Source: Macrostomum lignano
Lineage: Eukaryota
NCBI GenBank assembly: GCA_002269645.1
Contig: NIVC01001270.1
Coordinates: forward strand, 62,001-126,000
Reading direction: 5' to 3'
DNA length: 64,000 nt
Shown here: positions 51,613-63,660 of the stretch, in pieces
How the letters are laid out: each line of letters opens with the position of its first letter
Numbering within the stretch: position 1 is the stretch's first letter
Position numbers and translations under genes: made by a program
Notes under the pieces: generated by a model
What the model was told of the DNA's origin: nothing
Seen by the model: the letters and a program-made list of their open reading frames with translations, nothing else
Databases searched by the model: none

Positions 51613-53085
51613 CACCTTTTTCAGTTCAATTTCAACAAAACTCGCATTCAATTTCGGCAAGCTGACATTCAATTTCGGCAATTGGATATTATATTTCATA
51701 CTATAGTAAGGGCGCTAATTTGTCTATGGACAAAACTTGCTCCTGCATGCCGATTTCTCATTCAATTTCGGGATTCTGCATTCAATTTCAACATGAAGGT
51801 CCGAGAGCAGAGGCAGAAGCGGCTTTATGAGTTGCGCCAGACATGGACACAATCCTGTCCTTTCTCATGCGCGTCAAGAAGGTGGGTTCTGTCACGTTAT
51901 TGGCGTAGAGGCTATGACCCTTAGAAGGGCCGTTTTACGAGAGTTGTCGTAAGTCGTAGTCCCAAAATGAATTGAAGTCAATTCTTGCAAAGCGGATTGT
52001 GTAGCGGAGCACTTAGCGTATAAGGGCAGGAAACTGCCGTAGTTAATTTATTGTTGAGATCAGTATTCAAACTGGTTAATGTCAATACAGAACTTATTGC
52101 GCTTTGGGACACTGGCGGCTGCAACAATGGTTTTGAAGGTAGTTAGAATATGAAGTCGAGTGGCAGGCGAAGGATACAATGGCGACGCAACGTAGTGAGT
52201 GATGTCGATGAGCACAGTGAAGGCAGTGAGCAGTAAGTAAACAGGCAGATAAGTAACGGTGAGAGTGGCGTTAGCCGTGGCAGTACACAGTGGAGTACAG
52301 AGTGTGAACAGGCTGGCCCAGACAGAGGAGCCGTGGCGAGAGATAAGGAGGCTCGAGGCAGCCAAGAGAGAGAAGGAAAACGAGAGCCAGACGCCCGAAG
52401 CCAGAAGTGAGGAGGCGAGGGTAGGGAGGCGCCCAGCCCGCCGCCAGACGGGGGGTTAATAAAGAGCGCAGAGGGCTAGCAATATACACGCGGAGAGTTT
52501 TCATTGGCTGGCGAGAGAACTTGAAATTATCGATCGTGGTAAAATTTACAGACGAACGCGAGTCCTACCAAATACACAGTGAATTAGCAATTGATACAGA
52601 TTATTTGCACGCTACTACAAGTAAACGTTAAAATAAACTATTAGAGAAATTAAAATGAGAAATTACAAGGGAAACTATAGTCCAACGGCCCTTTTGCGGG
52701 ACCACTTAAACTAGCAACGTCACAGTTCTGTCTCCGTCAGACATCTGTCCGTAATGGACCCCAGGGTTCAACCCCATCATCTTCGTCACCGATTTTTTCT
52801 TCATCTCCCGCTTCTTCAAACATCACCTCGTCGCTCATTCTTCTGATTTGTACGGTAATATCTTAAATGAATTGAGTGTATGCTCCCGTACATGAAACAA
52901 AATTGTCTTCTGGAAGCGAATTTGAAGGAGAGCACTAAGTTTAAAGAGGGATGCAATAGAGAGCCTCAAACAGTTACAGCCTTAAATGCAGCATGCCGAA
53001 ATTGAATGACGGTTGAAATAGGTAAATACATGTATAGAATAATGAAATAGAATGTGAGTTTTGTTGAAGTTGAACGGAAAAGGTG
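51613..53085 (-). mobile_element. Deleted, decayed Gambol-like transposon interrupted by a solo LTR
   Basis: TIRs CACCTTTTTCAGTTCAATTTCAACAAAACTCGCATT vs (reverse complement) CACCTTTTCCGTTCAACTTCAACAAAACTCACATT; left flank TA. Removing the LTR restores YGQMSDGDRTHLLDAHEKGQD, similar to YQKISQLDRERIVRAYRSGDD in the intact transposase. Confidence 0.75.
51890..52724 (-). mobile_element. Solo LTR, 835 bp
   Basis: Ends TGTCACGT...ACGTCACA; 4-bp TSD GTTC at 51886-51889 and 52725-52728. Minus-strand CCAAT (~52507) and AATAAA (~52028) suggest the orientation. Confidence 0.8.
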
Positions 53086-53639
53086 TCATTGAGTGTCGTT
53101 TGACACCTCAGCTAATACGGATTGTCTTTGGAAAAATGAATGGACTAATTCAATGACCGATTGTATTGCCATTTTGTGCAACATTTTGCGGTGTTTTCTC
53201 AATGTATGCGTGTCCCGCGTCCTGGAAGCGTTACACTACCGGCCCTCGCAGCATCCTCGCCATTCTAGCATTCATCATTGTGATTTACCTCGACGTCTGC
53301 ATTACTCAAATTAGCAGCTTGAGGCACAATGCAAGGCAGGTAGGCAAGCCAAGCACAGCGAGCGCTTCTTGCTTTGACAAATTAAAATGACAGACGAGCC
53401 GGTCAACAGCAATGCTAGGCTCTAATCAAAATAAATAGCCAGTGCTGAGATGGCCGCTGCTGCTGCATTATGCAGGACAACAATAAGTAATTCCCAGCTT
53501 TGCTGTTCGGGCCTAGCGGTGAAGAAACTCATCAAGAAAAAAGCCAATTTTTGCTTTGGCCTTGATTCTTTAAGCGGTTCCTTCTGAGCAGTTCAGAGTG
53601 ATCAGTTCGATTCACTCCCATGAGGACCATGCAACCGCC

Positions 53640-53790
53640 AAGGCACAGACAGTGTACATGCTTGACGATTAGAAAGTCAGGGCTGCTGTACACCCTGAGT
53701 GCGTGCCTAAGTGCAGCATTGGAGCGCGGTGCTCAGGAGTCAGCGGAATGGGTAGAGGGTAGAATTGCCTCAGCGCTGGTGTACATGGGA
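53640..53790 (+). mobile_element. SINE family B core fragment
   Basis: GTGTACATGCTTGACGATTAGAAAGTCAGGGCTGCTGTACACCCTG...GCTCAGGAGTCAGCGGAATGGG. Confidence 0.7.
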
Positions 53791-53898
53791 TGATGTCGCC
53801 GAAGAGCTGTTCCCAATGACAATTGAGCTTTTCATTGAGGCCTTCGGACATTTTCAAGAAATTTCCATCTATTATGCTGAACTTATCAGATACGTACA

Positions 53899-55584
53899 CA
53901 GGGGCGTCGCCAACGTGGGGACAGGGAGGATATATGTCCCCTCCCAGTGAAAGATCTGGGGGGACATGCGAATGCTTTGTCCCCCTCCCACCCCACCTTG
54001 TGACCCCTTCTGGAAATCAATAATTTTTTTGCAGGGCGCCAAAATAGAGTGCCTGCGGCGCTAAAATGAGTGCCTGCGGCGCTAAAATGAGTGCCTGCGG
54101 CGCTAAAATGAGTTGCCTGCGGCGTTAAAATGAGTGCCTGCGGCGGCAAAATGAGTGCCTGCGGCGCTAAAATGAGTGCGTGTGGCGCTAAAATGAGTGC
54201 CTGCGGCGCTAAAATAAGTGCCTGCGGCGCTAAAATGAGTGCCTGTGGCGCTAAAATGAGTTGCCTGTGGCGTTAAAATGAGTGCCTGTGGCGCTAAAAT
54301 GAGTGCCTGCGGCGCTAAAATGAGTGCGTGTGGCGCTAAAATGAGTGCCTGCGGCGCTAAAATAAGTGCCTGCGGCGCTAAAATGAGTTGCCTGCGGCGT
54401 TAAAATGAGTGCCTGCGGCGGCAAAATGAGTGCCTGCGGCGCTAAAATGAGTGCGTGTGGCGCTAAAATGAGTGCCTGCGGCGCTAAAATGAGTGCCTGC
54501 GGCGGCAAAATGAGTGCCTGCGGCGCTAAAATGAGTTCCTGTGGCGCTCAAATGAGTGCCTGTGGCGCTCAAATGCATGAGTACCTGCGGCGCTAAAATG
54601 AGTGCCTATGGTGCTCAAATGCATGAGTGCCTGCGGCGCTAAAATGAGTGCGTGTGGCGCTAAAATGAGTGCCTGCGGCGCTAAAATAAGTGCCTGCGGC
54701 GCTAAAATGAGTTGCCTGCGGCGTTAAAATGAGTGCCTGCGGCGGCAAAATGAGTGCCTGCGGCGCTAAAATGAGTGCGTGTGGCGCTAAAATGAGTGCC
54801 TGCGGCGCTAAAATGAGTGCCTGCGGCGCTAAAATGAGTGCCTGTGGCGCTAAAATGAGTTGCCTGTGGCGTTAAAATGAGTGCCTGTGGCGCTAAAATG
54901 AGTGCCTGCGGCGCTAAAATAAGTGCCTGCGGCGCTAAAATGAGTGCCTGCGGCGCTAAAATGAGTGCCTGCGGCGGCAAAATGAGTGCCTGTGGCGCTA
55001 AAATGAGTGCCTGCGGCGCTAAAATGAGTGCGTGTGGCGCTAAAATGAGTGCCTGCGGCGCTAAAATGAGTGCCTGCGGCGCTAAAATGAGTGCCTGCGG
55101 CGCTAAAATGAGTGCCTGCGGCGCTAAAATGAGTGCCTGCGGCGCTAAAATGAGTGCCTGCGGCGCTAAAATGAGTTGCCTGCGGCGTTAAAATGAGTGC
55201 CTGCGGCGCTAAAATGAGTGCGTGTGGCGCTAAAATGAGTGCCTGCGGCGCTAAAATGAGTGCCTGCGGCGCTAAAATGAGTGCCTGCGGCGCTAAAATG
55301 AGTGCCTGCGGCGCTAAAATGAGTGCGTGTGGCGCTAAAATGAGTTGCCTGCGGCGTTAAAATGAGTGCCTGCGGCGCCAAAATGAGTGCGTGTGGCGCT
55401 AAAATGAGTGCCTGCGGCGCTAAAATGAGTGCCTGCGGCGCTAAAATGAGTGCGTGTGGCGCTAAAATGAGCGCTGACAACACCGATTCTGAAATAATGT
55501 ACATGTAGGAATTTAGTCAAGTACATGTACAAGTATAATTGTTGGCTCTGCCCCACCACCATAAAATCTATGGCGACGCCCCTG
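53899..55584. mobile_element. hAT-type MITE swollen by an internal tandem array
   Basis: Perfect 14-bp TIRs CAGGGGCGTCGCCA / TGGCGACGCCCCTG. Flanks TACGTACA and CATGTATA (5/8, only C/T transitions) look like a decayed 8-bp TSD. Confidence 0.75.
54040..55476. repeat. 21-bp minisatellite inside the MITE
   Basis: More than 60 copies of CCTGCGGCGCTAAAATGAGTG variants. Confidence 0.97.
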
Positions 55585-56298
55585 CATGTATATGAAAGTC
55601 GATCCAGTCAGTATACGCGACAATGCGGTGGGTATTTAGAGATAAAGTTCTCAGCTTGAGGCGCAGACTAAATAATTTGGGATTTCGGAGTCACTCGGCG
55701 GTGAACTCCGGAAGACGGGCAGGCAGCAGACTCGGTGCGGTGGAGATAAGAGAGAGAGAGAGAGACCGCTCCCGCACGAGCCTTTTGATTTATTATCGAA
55801 GTCACGAACACAGCTGCTGGTCATGCGATGACGCTCTGCACCTGTTTAATCCAGTACAGGGGGCTGGCGGTGGTCAGGTTGGGGAAAAGAAATCTTACCT
55901 GAGCAGACGGGGATGCCTTTTAGTCAACTATTTTTATATCGAGTGACGGACGCGTGGTTGTTAACGCTGATGGACTGACGCTATGGCTGTTATACGAGGC
56001 GATTCAAAGTGAATCAGGTGCTCGTGCACTGCATTAGAAATGACAATTTCTTTTATTTACGTCGATGCTTAGACGGAGAAATTTCTTTTTGCTTTAAGTC
56101 ACATGATCCACAACAATATCTGGCATGGGCCTGCTTGCAACTAACCAATTAGCGAGGAGTTGCGTGCAGTACCGACTACGAGCGTTATGCGTGCCCTGTA
56201 ATTGTACTCAATCCGTTCGAGTATATAGTTTCGATGCAATTGAGAGTTTGAGTTGAGTTGTTAAGAATGTCAGTGCTCGTGTGCTTCTCAATGCTTCA

Positions 56299-58127
56299 TT
56301 AGCTCAGAGACAGTTCCTCCAGCGGTACAGCAGTCGGTGGCGGCGGTTGCGGCAGCAGCGGCAGAGTCGCGATCAGCCTTCCCTGCCGCTGTCGGTCGCC
56401 TCCATCGTCCGGGTGGTCACTGGCGGCCTCATCGCCCTGATGTCGCTGCCGGTGCCACCGCATTGTCGACTGGCCCCGACGTTGTCGTCTCAGCAGTCGG
56501 CGACCCCGCTGCCGGTGGCCGTCGCCGGGACCAAGTTGGACGCAGCCGAGACTCGCGACAGTGTCGTAGATTGCTGAGCGCAGTGCCATGCGGAACTTGG
56601 CGGACATTAGGCTGTACAATACCGGATTAGCGATGGAAGAGGCAAAGTACAGCAGCCCGGAGACCAGGTAAAGCGTCTGATTGACGGCTGTCACCAGGCA
56701 GCTCTGGCAGTAGGACTCTCGCTGCACCAGGTCGCCAAGAATGCGCGATAGATGAAACGGAGCGTAGCAGAAGAAGAATGCGAGCACGAGAGCGGCTGCA
56801 AGGCGAGGGTTGGCGTCGAAGTCAAAATTACAAGCTGTTTTAAAAATTGCAGGACATCGTCCCGCCACTAGCGCTAAGGTAAATTTGCCCGATTCGCTGG
56901 CTCCTGTCACTCCTGAGCACAATATAAGACACGGATAATGTACGCAGGTACGCACGCACTATTACGAGGTACCCGCTCACACAGGGTGTACATCGGCCCT
57001 TTGACTTTCTAATCGTCAGGCATGTACACTCTCTGTGCCTTGGGGGTTTGGCCCCCAAGCCCCATGAACCGCATGACAAGTGTTAGATTAAAAGAGGTCA
57101 AGCACGGAATGCAACCCAGGGATCAAGGCGTGAGGGTCGGGCGCATTTACTGTTCCCCCGACTCAAATAAAGAGGACTTTCTGGTCCATCTTCAGGGTTC
57201 GCTAGGGCTGAGGATTAACGAGTAACCCATGGGATTCCGTGCAAATACGTCCATTTGCTGACAATGAAATGCAATGAAATGCTCATGAAAGCAGGGAGAT
57301 CCTTCACCTAGCAGCTTGACAAGCGCGCGGCGACCCTTGCTAGGGCCGCTAGCGGGTCTCTCCTGGTCGGCGGCGCCGGCAGTCCGGTAGCGTCGGCCCA
57401 GCAAGCGCGGGTAGCGTCGCAACGAGCCCTGCACAGCGGCGCCAATGCGCAGGTACATGTACAGCATCAGCAGCATCGGCAGTCCGAACAGCAGCACGGA
57501 GGAGGCCAGGAACGAGTACGGTATTCGTCGAGTTTCTACTACGTCGCAGAGTCGAGATTCAACCAGCGGCTTAGCCGAGTAGCCCGTGCTCGAGTCGTTG
57601 CGCAGCAGCACCTCCACGCCAAGCTGCGTGGTCATGGCGGCGGACAGGCAGACCGAGGCAAGCCAGAGCAGGGCGATGGACCGGCCGATGCCGATTCCGG
57701 CTGGCGTAGGCCGACAGATCGCCAGGTAGCGCTGAGTTGTCAAGGCCAGTAGCGTCAGTGCTGAGCAGCTGGTGCAGGCCTCGGCCAGGAAGCCCGAGCT
57801 GGCGCACAGCAGGCCGCTACCTGGGAACGGGTAGCGCCTCCAGTGCGAGTAGATCTCGTAGGGCAGCCGGGCAATGAGCACTAGCAGATCGGAGACGCTC
57901 AGGCTCATTAAATAGAAGTTTGTTGCCGTGTGCAAGTACCTGGTGCGAGCTATCACGGCGCAGATTGCTAGGTTTCCAACGCCGCCAACTAACAGTATGG
58001 TTGCCATGACAACAGTGTAGGCTACCAATTTGCCCGATCCGTAGGCAGTTGGCGGACCCCACTGCAGTTCTATACATTTGACGTCGCTGATGTTGTAATG
58101 ACAACTGACGTGCACAAAGGATATCAT
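56299..58127 (-). CDS. Class A neuropeptide GPCR, neuromedin U / PRXamide receptor-like; exons 58127-57308 and 56795-56299 (438 aa)
   Basis: GNLAIC, HTATNFYLMSLSVSDLL, QRYLAIC, FGLPM, CYAPFH, SGLLYFASSIANPVLYSLMSAKFR. A phase-1 GT-AG intron joins VKLL-A-ALVLAFF. Confidence 0.88.
56950..57065 (-). mobile_element. SINE family B core fragment in the GPCR intron
   Basis: Reverse complement GGCACAGAGAGTGTACATGCCTGACGATTAGAAAGTCAAAGGGCCGATGTACACCCTGTGTGAG. Confidence 0.75.
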
Positions 58128-58769
58128 TGCTAAATGGTTGAGAAAATTTGAATTGGAAATTGGAAAAATGTTTGCAGGAATATTTCTAGTGAATAATTCG
58201 AAAGCCCTTTAAATATTTTTTTCAGACCAATGCATGCTCTTGCAGCTTCTTTCATCCAATCAAGACCCTATATCTCCACACCTGGCCAATAAGTCTCGAT
58301 AGAAGTAATATTCTCTCTCAACCAATGAGGGCCGGCTTTGCTTCACATATTTTTAGTACTGCGGGTACTTTCTTATTTTTTATGCATTATAAATATGATT
58401 TCAATACAAGGGATACAATGTGAGGGATAAAATTGTGTATAAATACATGTACTATGAGTATTTTTGCATTTAGCCGGATAAAGTTTATAAAATATGTGTG
58501 GGTTTTTGCTATCATCGCGACTGGGATGACTTAAGGGATTCTTGATTATAACTTGATCGTGATGGATCGTCAGTATTATTTCACGCTAATGCAAAGATAC
58601 GGAGGGCTGCATAAATACAGTAAAAACGTGGGAGAGGAGTCACATGATGAAATTTTACATGGGTTGAATGTACCTTGGAAGTAACTGTGGCATATTGGAC
58701 AACGCAAATTCACATATTGTGCCTGGGTAAAATTATATGGTCGACTGTTTCACTTCCTTTGTTACCACC

Positions 58770-59028
58770 TAATGGCCAGATGTGCCAACCGAAAGCTCAG
58801 CCACAGCAATTGCGCGGTTGCGCGGCGCATGATCTGAAGGCTGCGTACGGCTGTGTCCAGTCCAAGGACTGAGGGGGGGGGGTGCCGGTCACACCAATTA
58901 ACCTTGGCTGAACTGAAGAAATGCAGAGTTAACTAGCTCAAGAAACAAATCGTTCCAGTAGGATCGGGAATCGAACCCCGGCCCAACCTTAAAATCGTAA
59001 TTAAGTGCGACGCTCTGACCACTAGAAC
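58770..59028 (-). mobile_element. SINE family A, diverged copy
   Basis: Reverse complement has a tRNA-like head (TCTAGTGGTCAGAGCG...GGGTTCGATTCCCG) and the GGACTGGACACAGCCGTACGCAGCCTTCAG 3' region. Confidence 0.75.
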
Positions 59029-59034
59029 ATGTAG

Positions 59035-59498
59035 GTGATGAGGACGCACTTTTTCCCAAATCCCACGCTAGCATGGGCTCTAAACTTACTTGCCTACTAA
59101 CAGTGGGCAATGGGCATTTTTATCCTTTTTCTGCGAATTTCCATAGAATCTATACTAGATATAATGTCTGGTCATACTAGTAGTCATAATAACATAGGCG
59201 CAGCTTTTTGGGTCATAAATCATCGCTTTCAAAGTTTGTCTGACAGCCACCTGCGCCTCACTCAGTGTTGAAGCGGGCGCCAGATGGTCTGAGAGGATGC
59301 GGGCGGTAGCTTTTTTTCTCATCATTTTGACAGGCCATCAAGATTTATGAGGTCAGAGCCTATTGTTCGTGTTCACTCAAGCGTGTGACAGCTTTGACAG
59401 CTATGCGTTTTACCCATAAAAGTACCTTGGGATTAGCGATTAGCAATTTCTCTTCATTATCTTCACTTTCTATTTAATAAGAGCTTTCTAATGTATAT
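59035..59498 (+). repeat. ~465-bp interspersed repeat, copy 2
   Basis: Direct match to 32710-33173. Confidence 0.85.
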
Positions 59499-61001
59499 CA
59501 TTGCCCAATTCTCATCCTTGTACAGCATGGCTTGTTGCAGTTTCAAGCTTAAAGCTTTGAGGGAGGAACGAGGATGTAATGTACGCTAAGATTACACTAC
59601 ATGTGTACCCTTTAACAGAGAATCAATTGTTTAATTACTTTTAAGCAGTCCGTACGCGGTAACAGTCATTTAAAATATTTTTAATGCCATAAAATTATTT
59701 AAGTTTACCACCAGACGCAGCCCATTGAAATCTAAATGCAGTAAGTCAAATTCTTCGCGATAGGGCCTGATTCAAGGCAATCGTATTAACTGCATGGCTC
59801 TCTCCACAAACGAAAGGCACTCTACTTGACAGATGTTTTAAATTTTTAGCATATGGGTGATGAAAAAACTTTAGTATTAGTAATTGGTTTGTTTTTATTT
59901 ATTTTTGTTACAAGTAAGCAAAGTTACATTAAGGTTTTGTTTTACTTTTTACACCTGTTATATTCTGATTTGAATTTCAAAAGTGGAGTGGAAGATATGA
60001 ATTGATTCAAACGACGACGATGACGACGTGTTATTTCAGCAGTGATGACGATGAACTTGTCTTCACTTTGAGACGTGGATTTTTGGCGTCTTAGCCTCTT
60101 AGTTTATTATATCAGTAGCAACCTGCACCAACTGATTTTTATCAGCAACAGATGTATTATTATAAACTCCATACTTATATGATATAGCTAGCTCCAATAA
60201 TAAAATTAACTCTGCACAAATTGACAAATAGGCCTACATTACTTTTGCTTGCTCGACACTACACAATTTGAGTCATTAAGTCTAAAGATTGGACTTAGAA
60301 AAGAGGAATTTGGCTGTGCTCATGTGCTGTTTGCTAGGCCTACAGCATTGATAGGCCTATGGTCTAGGGACTACACTATTTTAGTATTATTCTAATTATT
60401 GTTATTTTTTAGACATTAGGCCACTAGGCCTAGTCCATCTATTGTTGGCCTATTATATTAGGGCCTTTCTAAATTTGTAGCCTAATTTTCTTGGCTTATA
60501 TTGCATTTAAAGGGATAATTTTCTAGGCCTTATTTAAAAATTATATTAGGCCTATATAGATTAGCCTAGAGCCTATAGCTATATTATAGAATATATGGGG
60601 AAATCCAAAAATCGGGGGCAAGTTTTATGAAAATTCGTTTTTTGGCAATTTGAAAGCAATAAAGCTATAAAATAAATTTATTCATGTTTTTAAAAAGTAA
60701 AAAAGTCTATTAAAGCACAAATTATTTTCGTATAGCTTTATTTTTAATAAAATGATTTGTTAAAACGGTAAGTTTAATTACGACCTAAAATGAGTCTAAT
60801 GAAAATGATTAAAAAGCTATAATAATGTATTTTATTAACTTTAACTATCTTATAATGTTACACTTTATAATTCTACAACATATTTAACATTATTTTAAGG
60901 TTTTATTTGTTTATCACTTTCGTTACTCTTGACAACGTGTATTTTGTAGAGTTCGTTTGCAATAAATTGTATTCAACGTAAGTTTATTATTTAAACATAC
61001 A

Positions 61002-61531
61002 AATTCCCGTAAGGATCGGAAAATTGCATTTTACTCAGCTTCTACTAAAGCGATTTGGAAAATTCTTTTTTTCCTGCATATACGCCGCGATGATACATGT
61101 TTTAGTGTAATTTCATTGTTCTTCGTCGCTTAATAAGCATACAGTAAGCATCTGATTTGGAAGCCGGGTAACACATTGGAATTCCCATAAGGATTGGAAA
61201 ATTGCATTTTACTCAGCTTCTACTGAAGCGATTTGGAAAATTCTTTTTTTCCTGCATACACGCCGCGATGATACATGTCTTAGTGTAATTTCATTGTTCT
61301 TCGTCGCTTAATAAGCATACAGTAAGCATCTGATTTGGAAGCCGGGTAACACATTGGAATTCCCATAAGGATTGGAAAATTGCATTTTACTCAGCTTCTA
61401 CTGAAGCGATTTGGAAAATTCTTTTTTTCCTGCATACACGCCGCGATGATACATGTTTTAGTGTAATTTCATTGTTCTTCGTCGCTTAATGAGCATACAG
61501 TAAGCATCTGATTTGGATGCCGGGTTCACAT
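61002..61531. repeat. Three tandem copies of a 178-bp unit
   Basis: AATTCCC unit starts at 61002, 61180 and 61358; the copies differ by only a few substitutions. Confidence 0.95.
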
Positions 61532-61535
61532 CTTG

Positions 61536-61814
61536 CCTGATTGCAGCGCATGGGCATTTTGGCGGACGGCGTCCGGCGCGGATCTAATACGGCGCGGCGC
61601 AGCGCATACGGTGCGCAGCGATTAGTACGGCGCGGCGCGCTACTAATTAGATGCCGAGGCTTTTAAGCTTGATAAGACAGTCATAGTTACTCCTGCCGTT
61701 TACCCAAAACTGCGTTAATTTTGCTTTAGGGTTTCTTTCACAGGTAAGTCATTTCACAGCGTGGCGCAGGTTGTGTAGGCGTCTGGCGTACTTAAGCCAT
61801 GCGCTGCAATAGGG
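61536..61814. mobile_element. 279-bp TIR element (MITE) with 8-bp TSD carrying a 28S rRNA-derived segment
   Basis: TIRs CCTGATTGCAGCGCATGG / CCATGCGCTGCAATAGGG (16/18). TSD ACATCTTG at 61528-61535 and 61815-61822. Internal direct repeat TACGGCGCGGCGC twice. Confidence 0.8.
61635..61705 (-). pseudogene. 71-nt fragment of 28S rRNA (helix 69-71 region), non-functional
   Basis: Minus strand GGGTAAACGGCAGGAGTAACTATGACTGTCTTATCAAGCTTAAAAGCCTCGGCATCTAATTAGTAGCGCGC vs recalled eukaryotic 28S GGGTAAACGGCGGGAGTAACTATGACTCTCTTAAGGTAGCCAAATGCCTCGTCATCTAATTAGTGACGCGC: 57/71 ungapped. Confidence 0.85.
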
Positions 61815-62719
61815 ACATCTTGTGGTACCATTTTTTACCCAAAATTTTTAAGTCTAAATATAGGCATATTACAAATACTATTACAAATAAGTTGATATTT
61901 AAATGAAAGAAAACAACTTAAAGATTATTTTGCAACAAGGAATTAGCGATATATTTACTTTTAGAAAAAGATGTTTGCTGGCAAACTTTGCACTTTATAT
62001 TAGTATGAATTTTTGCGAGTTTATATGGTTTTAGAAAAACTTTGAAATCCTTAGAAATACTTCATCTTTTTGAATTGAATAAAAAGTAAAACACAGATTA
62101 CTTTCTGTTTTGTAATTAGTAAAAAAATTAGCCTTCTCTAAGGCCTACAAGTCTTAAAATTAATTGTTTAATAATGAAAAAAAGTGAAACAAAAAATTGC
62201 AAATCGGTCAACTCGGACTTTCAAAATGCTTTTTTGTGGTTTTTTCTTATTTATTCAACAATACAAAGCATGAAAACAATAGTTTTTATCCAGAACTATT
62301 TTCTAAAGACATATCTATCTTTCAAAAACCTTTTTTAGATACATTACTTTCCATCGAATGTCCGCAGATTTGTTTTACCGTTTTATCCCACGTTTTTGGA
62401 TTTCGCCATATTCATACAAGCTGTTGAAACCCGCAGATTTTAAACCCAAGGAATTCCAATCCCTGGAACTACTTTTGCATGTATTCTGAAATCTAAGGCC
62501 ATATACAAACAAAAATTTGTTAATAGTTAGTAGGATAGAGGTAGACATAAAATGGAGTACATTTGTGTAAAATTTGGATTTAAGGCAAACATTTGATATT
62601 GTTGGCTGGGGTACTGTGCAGAATGTCAGGCAATGTCTGTTTGACTCTAAAACATGTATTGGCAAACTCTAGCCTCTACCTGACTTTCCCTATATCCCTT
62701 GGATCCTTTAAAATTTCTA

Positions 62720-63660
<941 letters not shown>

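Noticed and set aside
55593-56110. Possible second solo LTR (minus-strand TATAAAAA ~55938, AATAAA ~55790)
   Set aside because: No TG..CA pair with a matching TSD could be found.
56990-57030. CTGACGA...GAAA in SINE family B as a hammerhead ribozyme
   Set aside because: Only 3 nt separate CTGACGA and GAAA (no stem II), there is no stem III or UH, and other copies read CTAACGA as part of a covarying stem.
61635-61705. Functional rRNA gene or rDNA unit
   Set aside because: Only 71 nt match, helix 69 pairs are broken, and the segment lies inside a TIR/TSD element.
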